From a virus (taxonomy: Duplodnaviria > Caudoviricetes), in IMG/VR virus record IMGVR_UViG_3300020147_000004, positions 1 through 61,553 of that record: DNA of 61,553 nucleotides. One strand, given 5' to 3'. Shown here piece by piece: positions 29,774-39,709 of this stretch (positions within the stretch are counted from its first letter, which is position 1; the number at the start of each line of letters is the position of its first letter). The notes beneath the pieces were generated by a model that searched no databases, was not told where the DNA came from, and saw only the letters and a program-made list of their open reading frames with translations. The translations under genes and the position numbers were made by a program.

Positions 29774-30043
29774 GTGAAACCTCGCACCGGAGACAACAGA
29801 GGGGCCCAGCGGCTCCGTGAGCTTTTCCCAGAGCGCAGCGCCAAGCGGCTCGCGGACCAGGTGGGCGTGGACCAGTCCGTTGCTGGCCGGTGGCGCTCAG
29901 GCGACCGCTCACCAGAGCCAAAGAACCGCGCGAAACTCGAGGAGCTGTACGGCATCGGCTGGCGGCTCTGGGACATTCGGCTCAAGGAGGAGGAGCCCGC
30001 CTCCGAGCGCACGCCCGTCCCCGGAAAGTCCGGTGCCGCGTGA
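29774..30043 (+). CDS. Cro-like HTH protein
   Basis: AKRLADQVGVDQSVAGRWRSGDRSP. Confidence 0.8.
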   Translation: MKPRTGDNRGAQRLRELFPERSAKRLADQVGVDQSVAGRWRSGDRSPEPKNRAKLEELYGIGWRLWDIRLKEEEPASERTPVPGKSGAA

Positions 30044-32217
30044 CGCTCGAAGAGGCTCGAGTCCAACTCGCCGCCTGGCTCGTGGAAGAGCCGGGGAGGT
30101 ACTACGAGCGAAGCTTTTACGCTGACGGTCGCGTCGTTCGCATCGAGCTCCACGACGCGTACGACCTTGGCGTGGTGTTCATGTCCGGCGCTTTCGCCGA
30201 CGAGCCTTCCGCCATCCTCTCCGCGCTCGAGCGGGCGAAGGGGCTCAAGTGAGCGACGCAATTCTTCGCGCGCGCCTCGCAGCTGTCGAAGCTGAACGGC
30301 AAGCGCTCCAGTCCGAGATCCGCGCTCTCCCTCCGGTGATGGCTCGTAGGTCAATGCGAGAGGTAGACGAGAGCAAGTCGCGTACCGCGTTCGTTTCGTG
30401 GGTGAACGACCGGCGCGCAATGCAGCTCAGCCTGCGCGCGATCGCCGACTCGTTGAACGACATCGACGTGCACTTCCTCGTGGATCTCTGCGAAGGGAAA
30501 CGGCGCATTCCATCGTGGATTTGGCCCGTGATGGCACGCGTTGATCTCGCTGCGTTTCACCGCGCAACGCTGTGTTGGCAACCCACCGAGTTCGGGAAGA
30601 CGGGCTGATGGCTGAACAGCCGTTGATCCAAATTGGCCAACAAGGCCAACTAAACCGATTGCGTATGTGCGCACCGTCATGCTGCGCGGATTGGCGCCGC
30701 TGCGCATTCGTAACCCTCGCGGGTGTGCAGGGCTGAACATGAAAAAGCGCCACCACGTTCTCATCGTCGCAGCCCTCCCGCTCGTCACCGTCGCCGCGTT
30801 CGGTCTCCTCTGCATCGCCGGGACGGTCGAGGCGATCGATGCGTGGGGGAGGGTCAGGCGATGATCTGCGCTGCCTGCTTCCGGGACCCGAGCGGGGTTT
30901 GCGAGACGTGTGTCGGTCAGTGCGTGGCGCTGGTCCAACGCATAGCCGAGGCGAACCGTGCGGCGCGGGGGCCTGCCGATGCAGTTTCACGTCGAGCCTA
31001 CGACGCTTTGCTCCTCGAGGTGAAGCGCATGCAAACGCAGCTCATCGGTGCGCAGGCAACAGCCGACTTCGCCGCCAACCAGCTCGGGCAGGACTACGAG
31101 GCCACGCAGACATTTCTCCGCATCTCGCGAATCTGCTCGATAGGGCTGAACGGGCCGGACAAGGAGCGGACGTGACCCAGCCCAAGTTCGGCCACTACCT
31201 CCGTGCGTCACGCCTCGGGTTCAGGTGGGTGCGCGCAATCGACCGGTACGTCCGCGTCTGCGATTGGGGCGACAACTGGGTTGTTGAGACCTGCACGCCG
31301 GAAGCAATCCTCGGCAAGGTCGAGAACCGCGAGTTCCGCTGCTGGTGGGAAGGCGAGTACGGCGCTCGACTCGAGAAGCTCGTCCCGGCGCTCTTCGACT
31401 TTCAGGTTCTATCTCGAGCCCACACGATCATCGTCGTGGACAACGACGGCAACCGCGTGCGGCGGCCGGGGACTTGCGAGGAGGCAACGTGACCATGGCC
31501 CTCCGCCTCTTCGTCCTCGCCGCTCTCGGCCTGTCCCTCGGCTCTGCGGGATTCGCGGTTTGGAAGGTCGGGGAGATGAGGGCGGAGGTGCGGAAGTGAG
31601 CCGCCGCCACGACAACAAGCGGGCTGCGCGGATGTCTCGTTGGCTTCGTCACGAACTCGTCCATGCTGCCGGCTGCTCGTTCGGCGGCAATGTGCCCGTC
31701 GCGCACATCTGCGAACTCGACGACCTCGTGCTGGACGAGATCGAAGCTCTTGGGCTGGAGCCTCGCCGTGTGTCCGTGCCGCGATCGCTACGCTGGCAGC
31801 TCGGTCGGTTCATCGGAGGTGCCCAGTGACCACGACCCTCGCCCTCGCCATCGCATCCGGCCTGGCCATCTTCTGGTGGTGCAAGTCCGTCGAGCTGAAG
31901 CGGCAGACCGAGGTGCAGCGCGTCGAGCTCGACTGCGTGAGCGCGACCATCGAGTCGCTCATGGAAGAGCGGGCCTCGCTGCTCGCGGAGGTCGAGGGGA
32001 AGCGCGGCAGGGCCCAGGCGTGGGCGGATGTGATGAAGGCGAGGATGAACTGATGAAGTTCCCGAAGTTGGACCGGTTCGAGAAGATCTTGCTGGGCGTT
32101 TCGATCTCATTCCTCGGCCTTCTTGCTTGCCTCGCATACGCGGAGCACCGCCATCGTGTCGAATGCATCCGCTCCGGCGGCGAGATGTGCGGGTCGGTTT
32201 GCAGGAGGGCGAAGTGA
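30040..32217 (+). other. Early rightward small genes (30040-30252, 30249-30608 possible HTH/CII-like, 30739-30864, 30861-31175, 31172-31492, 31495-31599, 31596-31829, 31826-32053, 32053-32217); four have one hydrophobic helix
   Basis: Coupled ORFs. Confidence 0.5.
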
Positions 32218-32735
32218 TTCCGGAGGCCACGCTCATCCACGCCCTCGAGCGCCTCCCGGCCTGCTACGCCGATCGTCACCTCCCGCGTGAGTCGAAGCGC
32301 GCCCAGTACGCGACGATCGCGAAGTCACTGCGCAAGGCGCGCCGTTCCGTGAAGTGGCGCGACGACGTGAGCTTCTACGCGATGATGATCGCGATCGGCT
32401 ACAACGAGTCCCGCTACTGCACCGACGTGCACGCGGGGAACTGCCGGCCCGGGACATGCGGAGGCGGCGCCGCGTTCGGCGTCTGGCAGGTCGAGCCGCG
32501 GAATCGGGAAGACGGCAACGCGCTGGTCGGCCTCGACCAAGAGGCGACGGACCGGAGCGCAGTGGCCGCGGCGAAGATCCTGTCGAAGTCGTGGCAGTGC
32601 GGAGGGCACCCGCGGGGCTGGTTCACCGGGTACGCCGGGCGCAAGTGCGGGACCGATTGGAAGACGCTCGAGCAGCGCGTCGCAACGTATTGGCGCGTTG
32701 CGGGGCGGCTCGCGGTGAAGGGGGATGCAGCGTGA
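32214..32735 (+). CDS. Lysozyme-like / SLT-fold protein
   Basis: IAIGYNES (catalytic Glu-Ser), AFGVWQV (GxxQ motif), late GY. Confidence 0.6.
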   Translation: MIPEATLIHALERLPACYADRHLPRESKRAQYATIAKSLRKARRSVKWRDDVSFYAMMIAIGYNESRYCTDVHAGNCRPGTCGGGAAFGVWQVEPRNREDGNALVGLDQEATDRSAVAAAKILSKSWQCGGHPRGWFTGYAGRKCGTDWKTLEQRVATYWRVAGRLAVKGDAA

Positions 32736-32932
32736 GCGAAAACGAATATCTAACCCTCGCCGATGTTGCCGCCCTGCTCCGAGTGAGCAAGCCGACCGTC
32801 AGGAAAGCAGTCGAGCGCCAAGGCCTCCCTGCCCTCCGGCTCGGGCCGCGCGTCTACCGCTTTGCTCGAGCAGACGTGCTCGCGTGGATCGAAAAGCAGA
32901 AGGGAGGGTCCGATGGCGGTCGTGCCGCGTAA
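32732..32932 (+). CDS. xis: Excisionase-like HTH protein
   Basis: YLTLADVAALLRVSKPTVRK...LPALRLG..YRF; overlaps the int start. Confidence 0.85.
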   Translation: MSENEYLTLADVAALLRVSKPTVRKAVERQGLPALRLGPRVYRFARADVLAWIEKQKGGSDGGRAA

Positions 32933-34298
32933 GCGCAAAAACCGGACGGTCTACGGCGTGCTCACTTCATGGGCGGGCGGTGATCACTGGGAGCTCGTCG
33001 GCCCGAACCGGCGCGAAGCGGAGCTGCTCGACAAGCAGCGTAAGCGCGAGGTCAAGGCGGGGACGTTCCGGCCGGGTGAACTGACGGACGTGGCGAGCGT
33101 GAAGGCGTTCGCCGACCGGTGGCTCGAGCTCCGGGACAATCGGTCTGCTGAGAACGAGCGCGCGCTGGTCAAGCGGCACGTGCTCTCCGTCGAGTGGTTC
33201 GCCTCGTTGAAGATGGGAGAGGTTCGCCCCAGGCACATCATCAAGCTCATCGACGAGATGAGCCGGGGGACGCTCTCGGCAAAGTCCGTGTCGAACGTAA
33301 TGGGGATCATCCGGGTGATGTTCCGCGACGCGGTCATCCAAGACGTGCTGACGACCAGCCCCTACATCGTCCCACACGGCACGCTGAAGCGCTCCGGCGT
33401 GAAGCGGAAGCCCTACGACGCGGACGAAGTGCTAGCCCTCATCGGTCCCGCGGTCGGGGAGAAGGAGCGGATCTGGAACACGCTCGCCTTCTACACCGGG
33501 GCGCGGTGCGGAGAGATTTGCGGCCTGCGCTGGTCCGACTGGGACGAGAAGCCCGTCCCCCTCGGCGCGCTCACCATCGAGCGGCAGTACGAAGGGCAGG
33601 CCCTGAAGACCGAGCGGCCACGCGTCACGCCGGTCCATCCGGAGCTGGCCGACGCCCTTGCAGCCTGGCGGGAGCGCTGGTCGTTCCACTTCCTCCACCG
33701 GCCCGGCCCGAACGACCTCATCGTCCCCCGCCTGATGCCAGGGTGCGACCCGGAGCCGATGACGAAGAACGCGGCGTACAAGGCATGGGTCCGGGCGTGC
33801 TCGGCGGCCAAGGTCACGAACCGGTCCATCCATTCCAGCCGGCACACGTTCATCACGTTCGCCCGCCGCGGTGGCGCCGACCCGAAGATCGTCGAGCTCG
33901 TCACGCACAACCCCAAGGGGACGATCATCGACCGGTACACCACTCGGGACTGGGCCGAACTGTGCTCCGCAGTGCTCGCCGTCTGCTACGCGCCGAATGA
34001 CGGGCCGGTTGACGGGAGTTCTCTAAATCACTCTAATTCTGGCTCCAGAGCCTGGACTCGAACCAGTGAGAGTAGCGAAACACCGAGAGAAGCAGGGGCA
34101 ATCGGGGAAACTGGGGGATTCGAAACACCGGGAATTCATCAACTCGCACCCTGCGCGGATGCACGGTTGGATGCATGTCCAACGGACGATGATCCCGAGG
34201 CTTTCGAGTGGGCCAGCACACTCGCCGAGCACGCGGAGAGAGCAAGAGTAGCAGAGGTTCTTTGGGGGGCCAATGCCCCCGGTGAGGTGCTCGCGTGA
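32913..34298 (+). CDS. int: Tyrosine integrase containing attP
   Basis: TGARCGEI (R), KT, HSSRH, THN, DRY catalytic residues; low-complexity C-terminal tail spans attP. Confidence 0.93.
   Translation: MAVVPRKRKNRTVYGVLTSWAGGDHWELVGPNRREAELLDKQRKREVKAGTFRPGELTDVASVKAFADRWLELRDNRSAENERALVKRHVLSVEWFASLKMGEVRPRHIIKLIDEMSRGTLSAKSVSNVMGIIRVMFRDAVIQDVLTTSPYIVPHGTLKRSGVKRKPYDADEVLALIGPAVGEKERIWNTLAFYTGARCGEICGLRWSDWDEKPVPLGALTIERQYEGQALKTERPRVTPVHPELADALAAWRERWSFHFLHRPGPNDLIVPRLMPGCDPEPMTKNAAYKAWVRACSAAKVTNRSIHSSRHTFITFARRGGADPKIVELVTHNPKGTIIDRYTTRDWAELCSAVLAVCYAPNDGPVDGSSLNHSNSGSRAWTRTSESSETPREAGAIGETGGFETPGIHQLAPCADARLDACPTDDDPEAFEWASTLAEHAERARVAEVLWGANAPGEVLA
34040..34069 (-). mobile_element. attP core: 3' end of a tRNA (Asn-like)
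   Basis: Minus strand TCACTGGTTCGAGTCCAGGCTCTGGAGCCA contains a T-arm, acceptor strand and CCA. Confidence 0.85.
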
Positions 34299-34984
34299 CG
34301 CCGTACTACGAGCACGGTGGGGTCACGATCTTCCACGGGGATTGTCTCGAAGTCCTCCCCTCCCTGCGCGCGGACATCGTTGTTACGGACCCACCGTTCG
34401 GTATCCAAGACGCGCCGATGTTGGATCTGCCGGGGCGGGGCAAGCGTGGGAACAACACGTACCACCCCCCTTCTGATTGGGACGCGAAGATCGACCCCGC
34501 CTGGGGCGCATCAGTGGCGGCGTGCGCCGAGCTGGTTGCGTGGTTTGGCAACTGGCGGATGAGAGAGGCTGTAGCCGCGTCTTTCCCCTACCCGCTGCGA
34601 TGTGAGCTCATTTGGGCCAAGGACACTCACGTCGGCCCTCCGTGCCCGGCCGCCATGCAAGATGAGCGGATTTGGGTGTTCGCCAAGTCCGGCGTCACTC
34701 CACTTCGCTTCGAAACCACCGTCTGGCTAGAGCCGATCATCCCTACCTGGGGACACAGGTTCCATAAGAACGAGAAGCCGCTTCGCTTGATGAAGCGGCT
34801 TATCGGCTGGCTACCGGGCGAGACTGTCATCGATCCGTTCATGGGTAGCGGCACCACCCTGCGCGCCGCGAAGGACCTCGGCCGCCGTGCCATCGGCATC
34901 GAAATCGAGGAGCGCTACTGCGAGATCGCAGCGAAGCGCCTGAGCCAGGAAGTCCTGCCGTTTGCGGAGGTGCGCAATGCCTGA
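34295..34984 (+). CDS. N4-C/N6-A DNA methyltransferase (beta arrangement)
   Basis: TDPPF, H..EKP, DPFMGSGTT, GIEIEERY. Confidence 0.92.
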   Translation: MTPYYEHGGVTIFHGDCLEVLPSLRADIVVTDPPFGIQDAPMLDLPGRGKRGNNTYHPPSDWDAKIDPAWGASVAACAELVAWFGNWRMREAVAASFPYPLRCELIWAKDTHVGPPCPAAMQDERIWVFAKSGVTPLRFETTVWLEPIIPTWGHRFHKNEKPLRLMKRLIGWLPGETVIDPFMGSGTTLRAAKDLGRRAIGIEIEERYCEIAAKRLSQEVLPFAEVRNA

Positions 34985-35364
34985 CCCCGAGCGACTCGAA
35001 GAGGAGAGCCCCGTCCGGCTCCGCGAGTGCCTCGACGCCCTGGCTCGGGCCTCCGAGCGGGACATCTACCGCGTTGAGATAGTGGCCACGCGGACCGGGC
35101 TGAAGCTCTTCGTGACCGCATCACCGGACATTCACGAGGAGGCGATCGTTCGGCGCATCCTCGCCGAGCTGAGGCCCTACTTCGAGGTGCTGCAGAGCGC
35201 GCAGCCCGAGGAGGACGGCAATGCCTGACCCCACCCTCGCCGAGCTCCGCCGCCACTACTGGTCGAAGGGCCTCGACGGCTTTGAGCTCGAGCGCGCCGT
35301 TCAGAAGCATCTCCGGTTGCTCCGGCCGCTCGATCCGGAGGTGGCAGGCGCGACGGAGGCTGAC
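34977..35364 (+). other. Two small ORFs, both starting MPDP (34977-35228, 35221-35364)
   Basis: Coupled ORFs with RBS. Confidence 0.45.
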
Positions 35365-35390
35365 CCGAGTCGAAGGCGCAAGAGGCGCCC

Positions 35391-36893
35391 TTGACCTCAC
35401 ACATTTCCACCCTCCTCACGGCCCTCCAGCCGTTGCGACCGTACCAGTCTGAGACGGTCGAGAAGGTCTACGCGGAGTGGACCAAATCGAGACGAGTCCT
35501 GCTCGTCGCCCCGACCGGCGCGGGTAAGACCCGGCTCGCCGAAGAGTTCGTCGTCCGGTTCACCGCCCAAGGCCAAAGGGTCGTCTTCATCGCGCACCGT
35601 CGCGAGCTCATCCGGCAGGCGGCCGAGCGCCTCAGAAGATCGATCGGCGTGCTCGATGTGGGTCTCGTCGCACCCGGGGAAGAGCTCTGCCTGCACGCTC
35701 CCGTCCAGGTCGCGACCGTCCAGACGCTGCTCGCTCGCTCCCTCCGGCCAGAGGCCGACCTCATCATCCTGGACGAGGCGCACCACTACGTCGCCGACGA
35801 TTGGAGCCAGCTCGCGGCGAGCTACCCGCACGCCAAGGTGCTGGGCCTGACCGCGACGCCCGAGCGGCAGGACGGGCGGCCCATGGGCGACATGTTCGAG
35901 TCGCTCGTCGTCGCCGCGAAGTACTCGGAGCTCATCCGCGACGGGCACCTCGTCCCGTGCCGGGTGTTCCAGCCGCCGGCCGACTTCGCTGGGGACGGGC
36001 TCGCGCAGGACCCGATCGCAGCCTGGCAACGCTACGCCGATGGAGCCCGTACTTTTTGGTTCTGCCGGACCGTCGAAGACGCGTACGAGACGGCGAAGAA
36101 GCTCTGCGAGCTGGGCATCCCAGCCGCGTGCATCGAAGCGAAGACCGAGAAGGCGGAGCGCGACGAGCTACTCGACCGCTTCGCTCGCGGCGGGCTCGTC
36201 GTGCTCACGAACGTCTACGCGCTGACCGAAGGTGTCGATGTGCCGGCGGCCCGCTGTTGCCTCCTCGCCCGGAGCTGCGGGCACGTCGGGCCTTACTTGC
36301 AGATGGCGGGCCGCGTGCTCCGTCCTCACAAGGACAAGGCCGACGCCATCCTCATCGACCTGAGCGGCGCGACCCTCCGGCACGGGCTGCCGACCGAAGA
36401 CCGCGAGTACAGCTTAGAGGGCAACGGCATCCGGCGCACCAGCCCGACGCCGCTCCGGAACTGCCTTCAGTGCGGCGCGACGTTCCCGAGCTACGACCGG
36501 AAGTGTCCCGAGTGCGGGTACGAGGCGCCGCAAGAGAAGAAGCACGTTCGGATCTACGACCTTGAGTTGCAGGCGGTGTTCGCCGGGGCCGCGACGCCAG
36601 GTGACGCGAAGCAGCGGGAGTACCGACGGCTTCGGCAGCTCGGGAAGACGCGCGGCTGGAGCCTCTACTTCGTCCAGAAGGAATACAAGAAGCTCTTCGG
36701 CGAGCTGCCGATCATCAGCGACGCCAGCATCGATGAGCAGCGCGACGAGTACGTGAAGCTCACCCTGCTCCAGCGCCAACGGGGCTTCAAGCCCGGCTTC
36801 GTCTCCGTGCGCTTCAAAGAGATGTTCGGGAGCTGGCCGAGCGCTGCGGTCAAATCAGCTGCCAGCCAAGCGCAAAGACCACAAGACGCATGA
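35391..36893 (+). CDS. SF2 DExH helicase with C-terminal Zn ribbon
   Basis: LRPYQ, APTGAGKT, DEAHH, TAT, EGVDVP, QMAGRVLR, CxxC-CxxC. Confidence 0.93.
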   Translation: MTSHISTLLTALQPLRPYQSETVEKVYAEWTKSRRVLLVAPTGAGKTRLAEEFVVRFTAQGQRVVFIAHRRELIRQAAERLRRSIGVLDVGLVAPGEELCLHAPVQVATVQTLLARSLRPEADLIILDEAHHYVADDWSQLAASYPHAKVLGLTATPERQDGRPMGDMFESLVVAAKYSELIRDGHLVPCRVFQPPADFAGDGLAQDPIAAWQRYADGARTFWFCRTVEDAYETAKKLCELGIPAACIEAKTEKAERDELLDRFARGGLVVLTNVYALTEGVDVPAARCCLLARSCGHVGPYLQMAGRVLRPHKDKADAILIDLSGATLRHGLPTEDREYSLEGNGIRRTSPTPLRNCLQCGATFPSYDRKCPECGYEAPQEKKHVRIYDLELQAVFAGAATPGDAKQREYRRLRQLGKTRGWSLYFVQKEYKKLFGELPIISDASIDEQRDEYVKLTLLQRQRGFKPGFVSVRFKEMFGSWPSAAVKSAASQAQRPQDA

Positions 36894-37234
36894 GCTCCAC
36901 CCAAGAGCACACCGAACTGGTCACAGCGACCCGCCTCGAGCTGGGTCGTGAAAAAGACTTCACGCTCTGGCCCAACTCCAAAGTCACCTACGTCGATGGG
37001 CAGCCACGCGCAAAGCCTGGTCTCTGCAAAGGCGCCTCCGACCTCATCGGCATCCTCGCACCCACCGGCCGCATCGTCGCGCTCGAAGCGAAGACGGGCG
37101 GGGCGACCACCACGCGAGAGCAAAAGCTTTTCCTGGAACTCATCCGCGCACGCGGCGGGTTCGCGGCGGTCTTCCATTCGGTCGAAGAGGCTCGAGCAGC
37201 ACTTGAGAGGGCGAGGAGAGGCCAGTGCCAGTGA
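36890..37234 (+). CDS. VRR-NUC nuclease
   Basis: GASDLIG, ALEAK, EQKLF, GGFAAV. Confidence 0.88.
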   Translation: MSSTQEHTELVTATRLELGREKDFTLWPNSKVTYVDGQPRAKPGLCKGASDLIGILAPTGRIVALEAKTGGATTTREQKLFLELIRARGGFAAVFHSVEEARAALERARRGQCQ

Positions 37235-39468
37235 CAGAACCGATCCAATTCGACGAGGCAAAACGGCAGCAGGGGCTTCTCGCGTACGCCAAGCGCGGCT
37301 GGCACGTTTTTCCCTGCTACGAGATCAACGAGCAGGGCAACTGCGCGTGCTCCAAGGGCCCGGCGTGTGGCAACCCGGGCAAGCACCCTCGCACCCCGTC
37401 CGGGTTCAAGAACGCGAGTACCGATCCGGAGCAGATCCGGGAGTGGCTGCGCCGGTGGCCCCGTGCCAATTGGGCTATCGCTTGCGGCGCCTCCCGCCTA
37501 GCGGTCGTGGACGTGGACCCACGCAACAACGGTGACGAGACGCTCGCGGCTCTCGAGAAGGCCTACGCGCCACTCCCCGATACCATCCGGGCCTGTACCG
37601 GCGGCGGCGGGCAGCACTACCTTTACGCGTTCCCCGAGGGCGAGGACATCCAATCCTCCGTATTGGGCCTCGGCATCGATCTGAAGGCGACTGGCGGCTA
37701 CATCATGGTCCCGCCGTCGAATCACGTGTCGGGCCGCTCCTACCTCTGGGATGCAGGCGGCCACCCGCGCGACCTGCCGCAACCAGCCGAGGCGCCGCAA
37801 TGGATCCTGACCCTCATCGGGACGAAGGACGCGAAGCAGTACGAAGCGTCGGGCGCCGTCGTCGATGGGTTTCTGGGCGCTGCGTTCGAGGCGGCCGGGT
37901 GGCTCGGGCGCTCGCTCGGCGCCGACAAGCAGGCTGCGCGTTGCCCGTGGGAGGACGAACATTCAACCGGCTCGCGCTTCGACTCGAGCACCGTGCTTTT
38001 CGGACCGACGCAGGGCTTCAAGGTCGGGTGGTTCTGGTGCTCTCACGGCCACTGCCAACGCGCCCGCACGCTCAAAGACGTGCTTGCCCAGCTGCCCGAC
38101 GGGGCTAAGGCCAAGGCGCGCGAAAAGCTCGGGCTCGACGCTCTCTACAATCCGGAGGAGGAAGAGGCGGCCAGACAGAAGACGCAGTCCATCCAGTCGC
38201 TCTCGGAGGATTGGGCGAAGCTTCTGCGCCGCAACGCCGAGGGCTTCATCACTCGCGACGCAGGCAACGCGGCGCTACTACTCGCGAACCTCGAAGAGTG
38301 GCGCGGCTGCCTCGAGTACGATTCGTTTGCGGACCGGATGCGATGGGTGAGGCCGGTGCCTGACCTCCATGGACTACCCGCGCCCAAGCCTGGCGACGAG
38401 CTCGCGGACCACCACGTGTTGTACGTGCACCACTGGCTCGCGAAGCTCCGAGGCATCGCGTTCACGAAGCAGGCCATCCAAGACGCTTTGGAGCTCGCCG
38501 CCAAGGCCAATGAGCGGCATCCTCTGCGCGACTGGCTCGCCTCCCTCCAATGGGATCGCAAGCCCCGCGCCGCTACGTGGCTCACGCGCTACCTCGGTGC
38601 TCCGGACGACCCATACACGCACGCGGTCGGCAGATGGTGGCTCATCAGCGCCGTCGCTCGCATCTTCTCGCCCGGCTGCCAGGCTGACCATCTCGTCGTG
38701 CTGCAGGGCGGCCAAGGCGCTGGCAAGAGCACAGCTGCGCGCATCCTCGGCGGCGAGTTCTTCCTGGCGAACCTGCCGGACATCACGAACAAGGACGCGG
38801 CGGCTGTTCTCCAAGGCCACTGGATTGTCGAAATCGGTGAGCTCGACGCGTTCCGAGGCGCGGCGGGAACCAGGGTCAAGGATTGGGTCACGCGCACGGT
38901 GGACAGCTTTCGGCCCGCGTACGGGCGTTTCACCATTCGCCGATCGCGTTCCTCCGTCTTCATCGGCACGACCAACGAAGAGCACTTCCTGCTCGACGCT
39001 ACCGGTGCACGTCGCTTCTGGCCGGTTACAGTATCCACGCTTGCTCGCGAGGAGCTGCAGTCCGACCGCGCGCAGATCTGGGCAGAGGCCAAGCACTACT
39101 ACGACGCTGGCGAGCCGTGGTGGCCGAGCGAGGACCTCGCGCCAGCAATCCACGCTGCTCAGGAGGAGCGGTACGTTGGCGACGAGTGGGAGCGGCGCAT
39201 CGAGGTCTGGGCCAAGGCACGGGAGCCATTCACCATCGGGGACGTGCTCGGAGGCTGCCTCGGTCTCGAACCTGGCAAGTGGGAACGGGCGGCTCAGACC
39301 CGCGTCGGGAACTGCCTGAGACGGCTCGGCTGGACGGCGCGGCAGACCCGAGAGGGGGAAGCACGTGTGCGTAGGTACTACCAGGTGGGTGCGTATCCTA
39401 CTTCTGAGCCTCCACCTTTCGTTGTTGAGCAAACTATGCAGATTCGCAAGGAAATCGGCCGAGAGTGA
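37225..39468 (+). CDS. Bifunctional primase-polymerase fused to a VapE-like helicase
   Basis: VFPC, GKHP, VVDVD, TGGGGQHY, PPSNH; CPW..H...CSHGHC; GGQGAGKST, RPAYGR, GTTN, GARRF. Confidence 0.92.
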   Translation: MPVTEPIQFDEAKRQQGLLAYAKRGWHVFPCYEINEQGNCACSKGPACGNPGKHPRTPSGFKNASTDPEQIREWLRRWPRANWAIACGASRLAVVDVDPRNNGDETLAALEKAYAPLPDTIRACTGGGGQHYLYAFPEGEDIQSSVLGLGIDLKATGGYIMVPPSNHVSGRSYLWDAGGHPRDLPQPAEAPQWILTLIGTKDAKQYEASGAVVDGFLGAAFEAAGWLGRSLGADKQAARCPWEDEHSTGSRFDSSTVLFGPTQGFKVGWFWCSHGHCQRARTLKDVLAQLPDGAKAKAREKLGLDALYNPEEEEAARQKTQSIQSLSEDWAKLLRRNAEGFITRDAGNAALLLANLEEWRGCLEYDSFADRMRWVRPVPDLHGLPAPKPGDELADHHVLYVHHWLAKLRGIAFTKQAIQDALELAAKANERHPLRDWLASLQWDRKPRAATWLTRYLGAPDDPYTHAVGRWWLISAVARIFSPGCQADHLVVLQGGQGAGKSTAARILGGEFFLANLPDITNKDAAAVLQGHWIVEIGELDAFRGAAGTRVKDWVTRTVDSFRPAYGRFTIRRSRSSVFIGTTNEEHFLLDATGARRFWPVTVSTLAREELQSDRAQIWAEAKHYYDAGEPWWPSEDLAPAIHAAQEERYVGDEWERRIEVWAKAREPFTIGDVLGGCLGLEPGKWERAAQTRVGNCLRRLGWTARQTREGEARVRRYYQVGAYPTSEPPPFVVEQTMQIRKEIGRE

Positions 39469-39499
39469 GGCAAAAATGCTGGACAGCCGGCCGAATTTC

Positions 39500-39673
39500 T
39501 GTCACAACGGCACAACCTGACACGACCTGCGCGACCATCTCCTTAACAAGCTATATTACTATTACACCTCTCTAGGGGGTAGGTTGTGACAGTAGTGACG
39601 GTAGTGACAAGAGCCGAATTGATGCTGGATTGGATCGTCACAACCCCTGTCCCAACCGTCACAACGTGGCACA
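39500..39673. repeat. Iteron-like repeat cluster, putative replication origin
   Basis: About 10 copies of a GTCACAAC-like 8-9-mer in both orientations around an AT-rich stretch, directly after the primase. Confidence 0.65.
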
Positions 39674-39709
39674 GGCTGGTCAGACCAGTTGAGTAGAGCA
39701 GGATAAGAA

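Noticed and set aside
34040-34115. Full tRNA gene
   Set aside because: Only the T-arm and acceptor 3' strand are present; no D-arm or anticodon arm is evident
34295-37234. Restriction-modification system from methylase, helicase and nuclease
   Set aside because: The helicase and VRR-NUC match the common phage replication module; the methylase looks like an orphan
39500-39673. CRISPR array
   Set aside because: Units are 8-9 bp, in both orientations, without spacers; no cas genes
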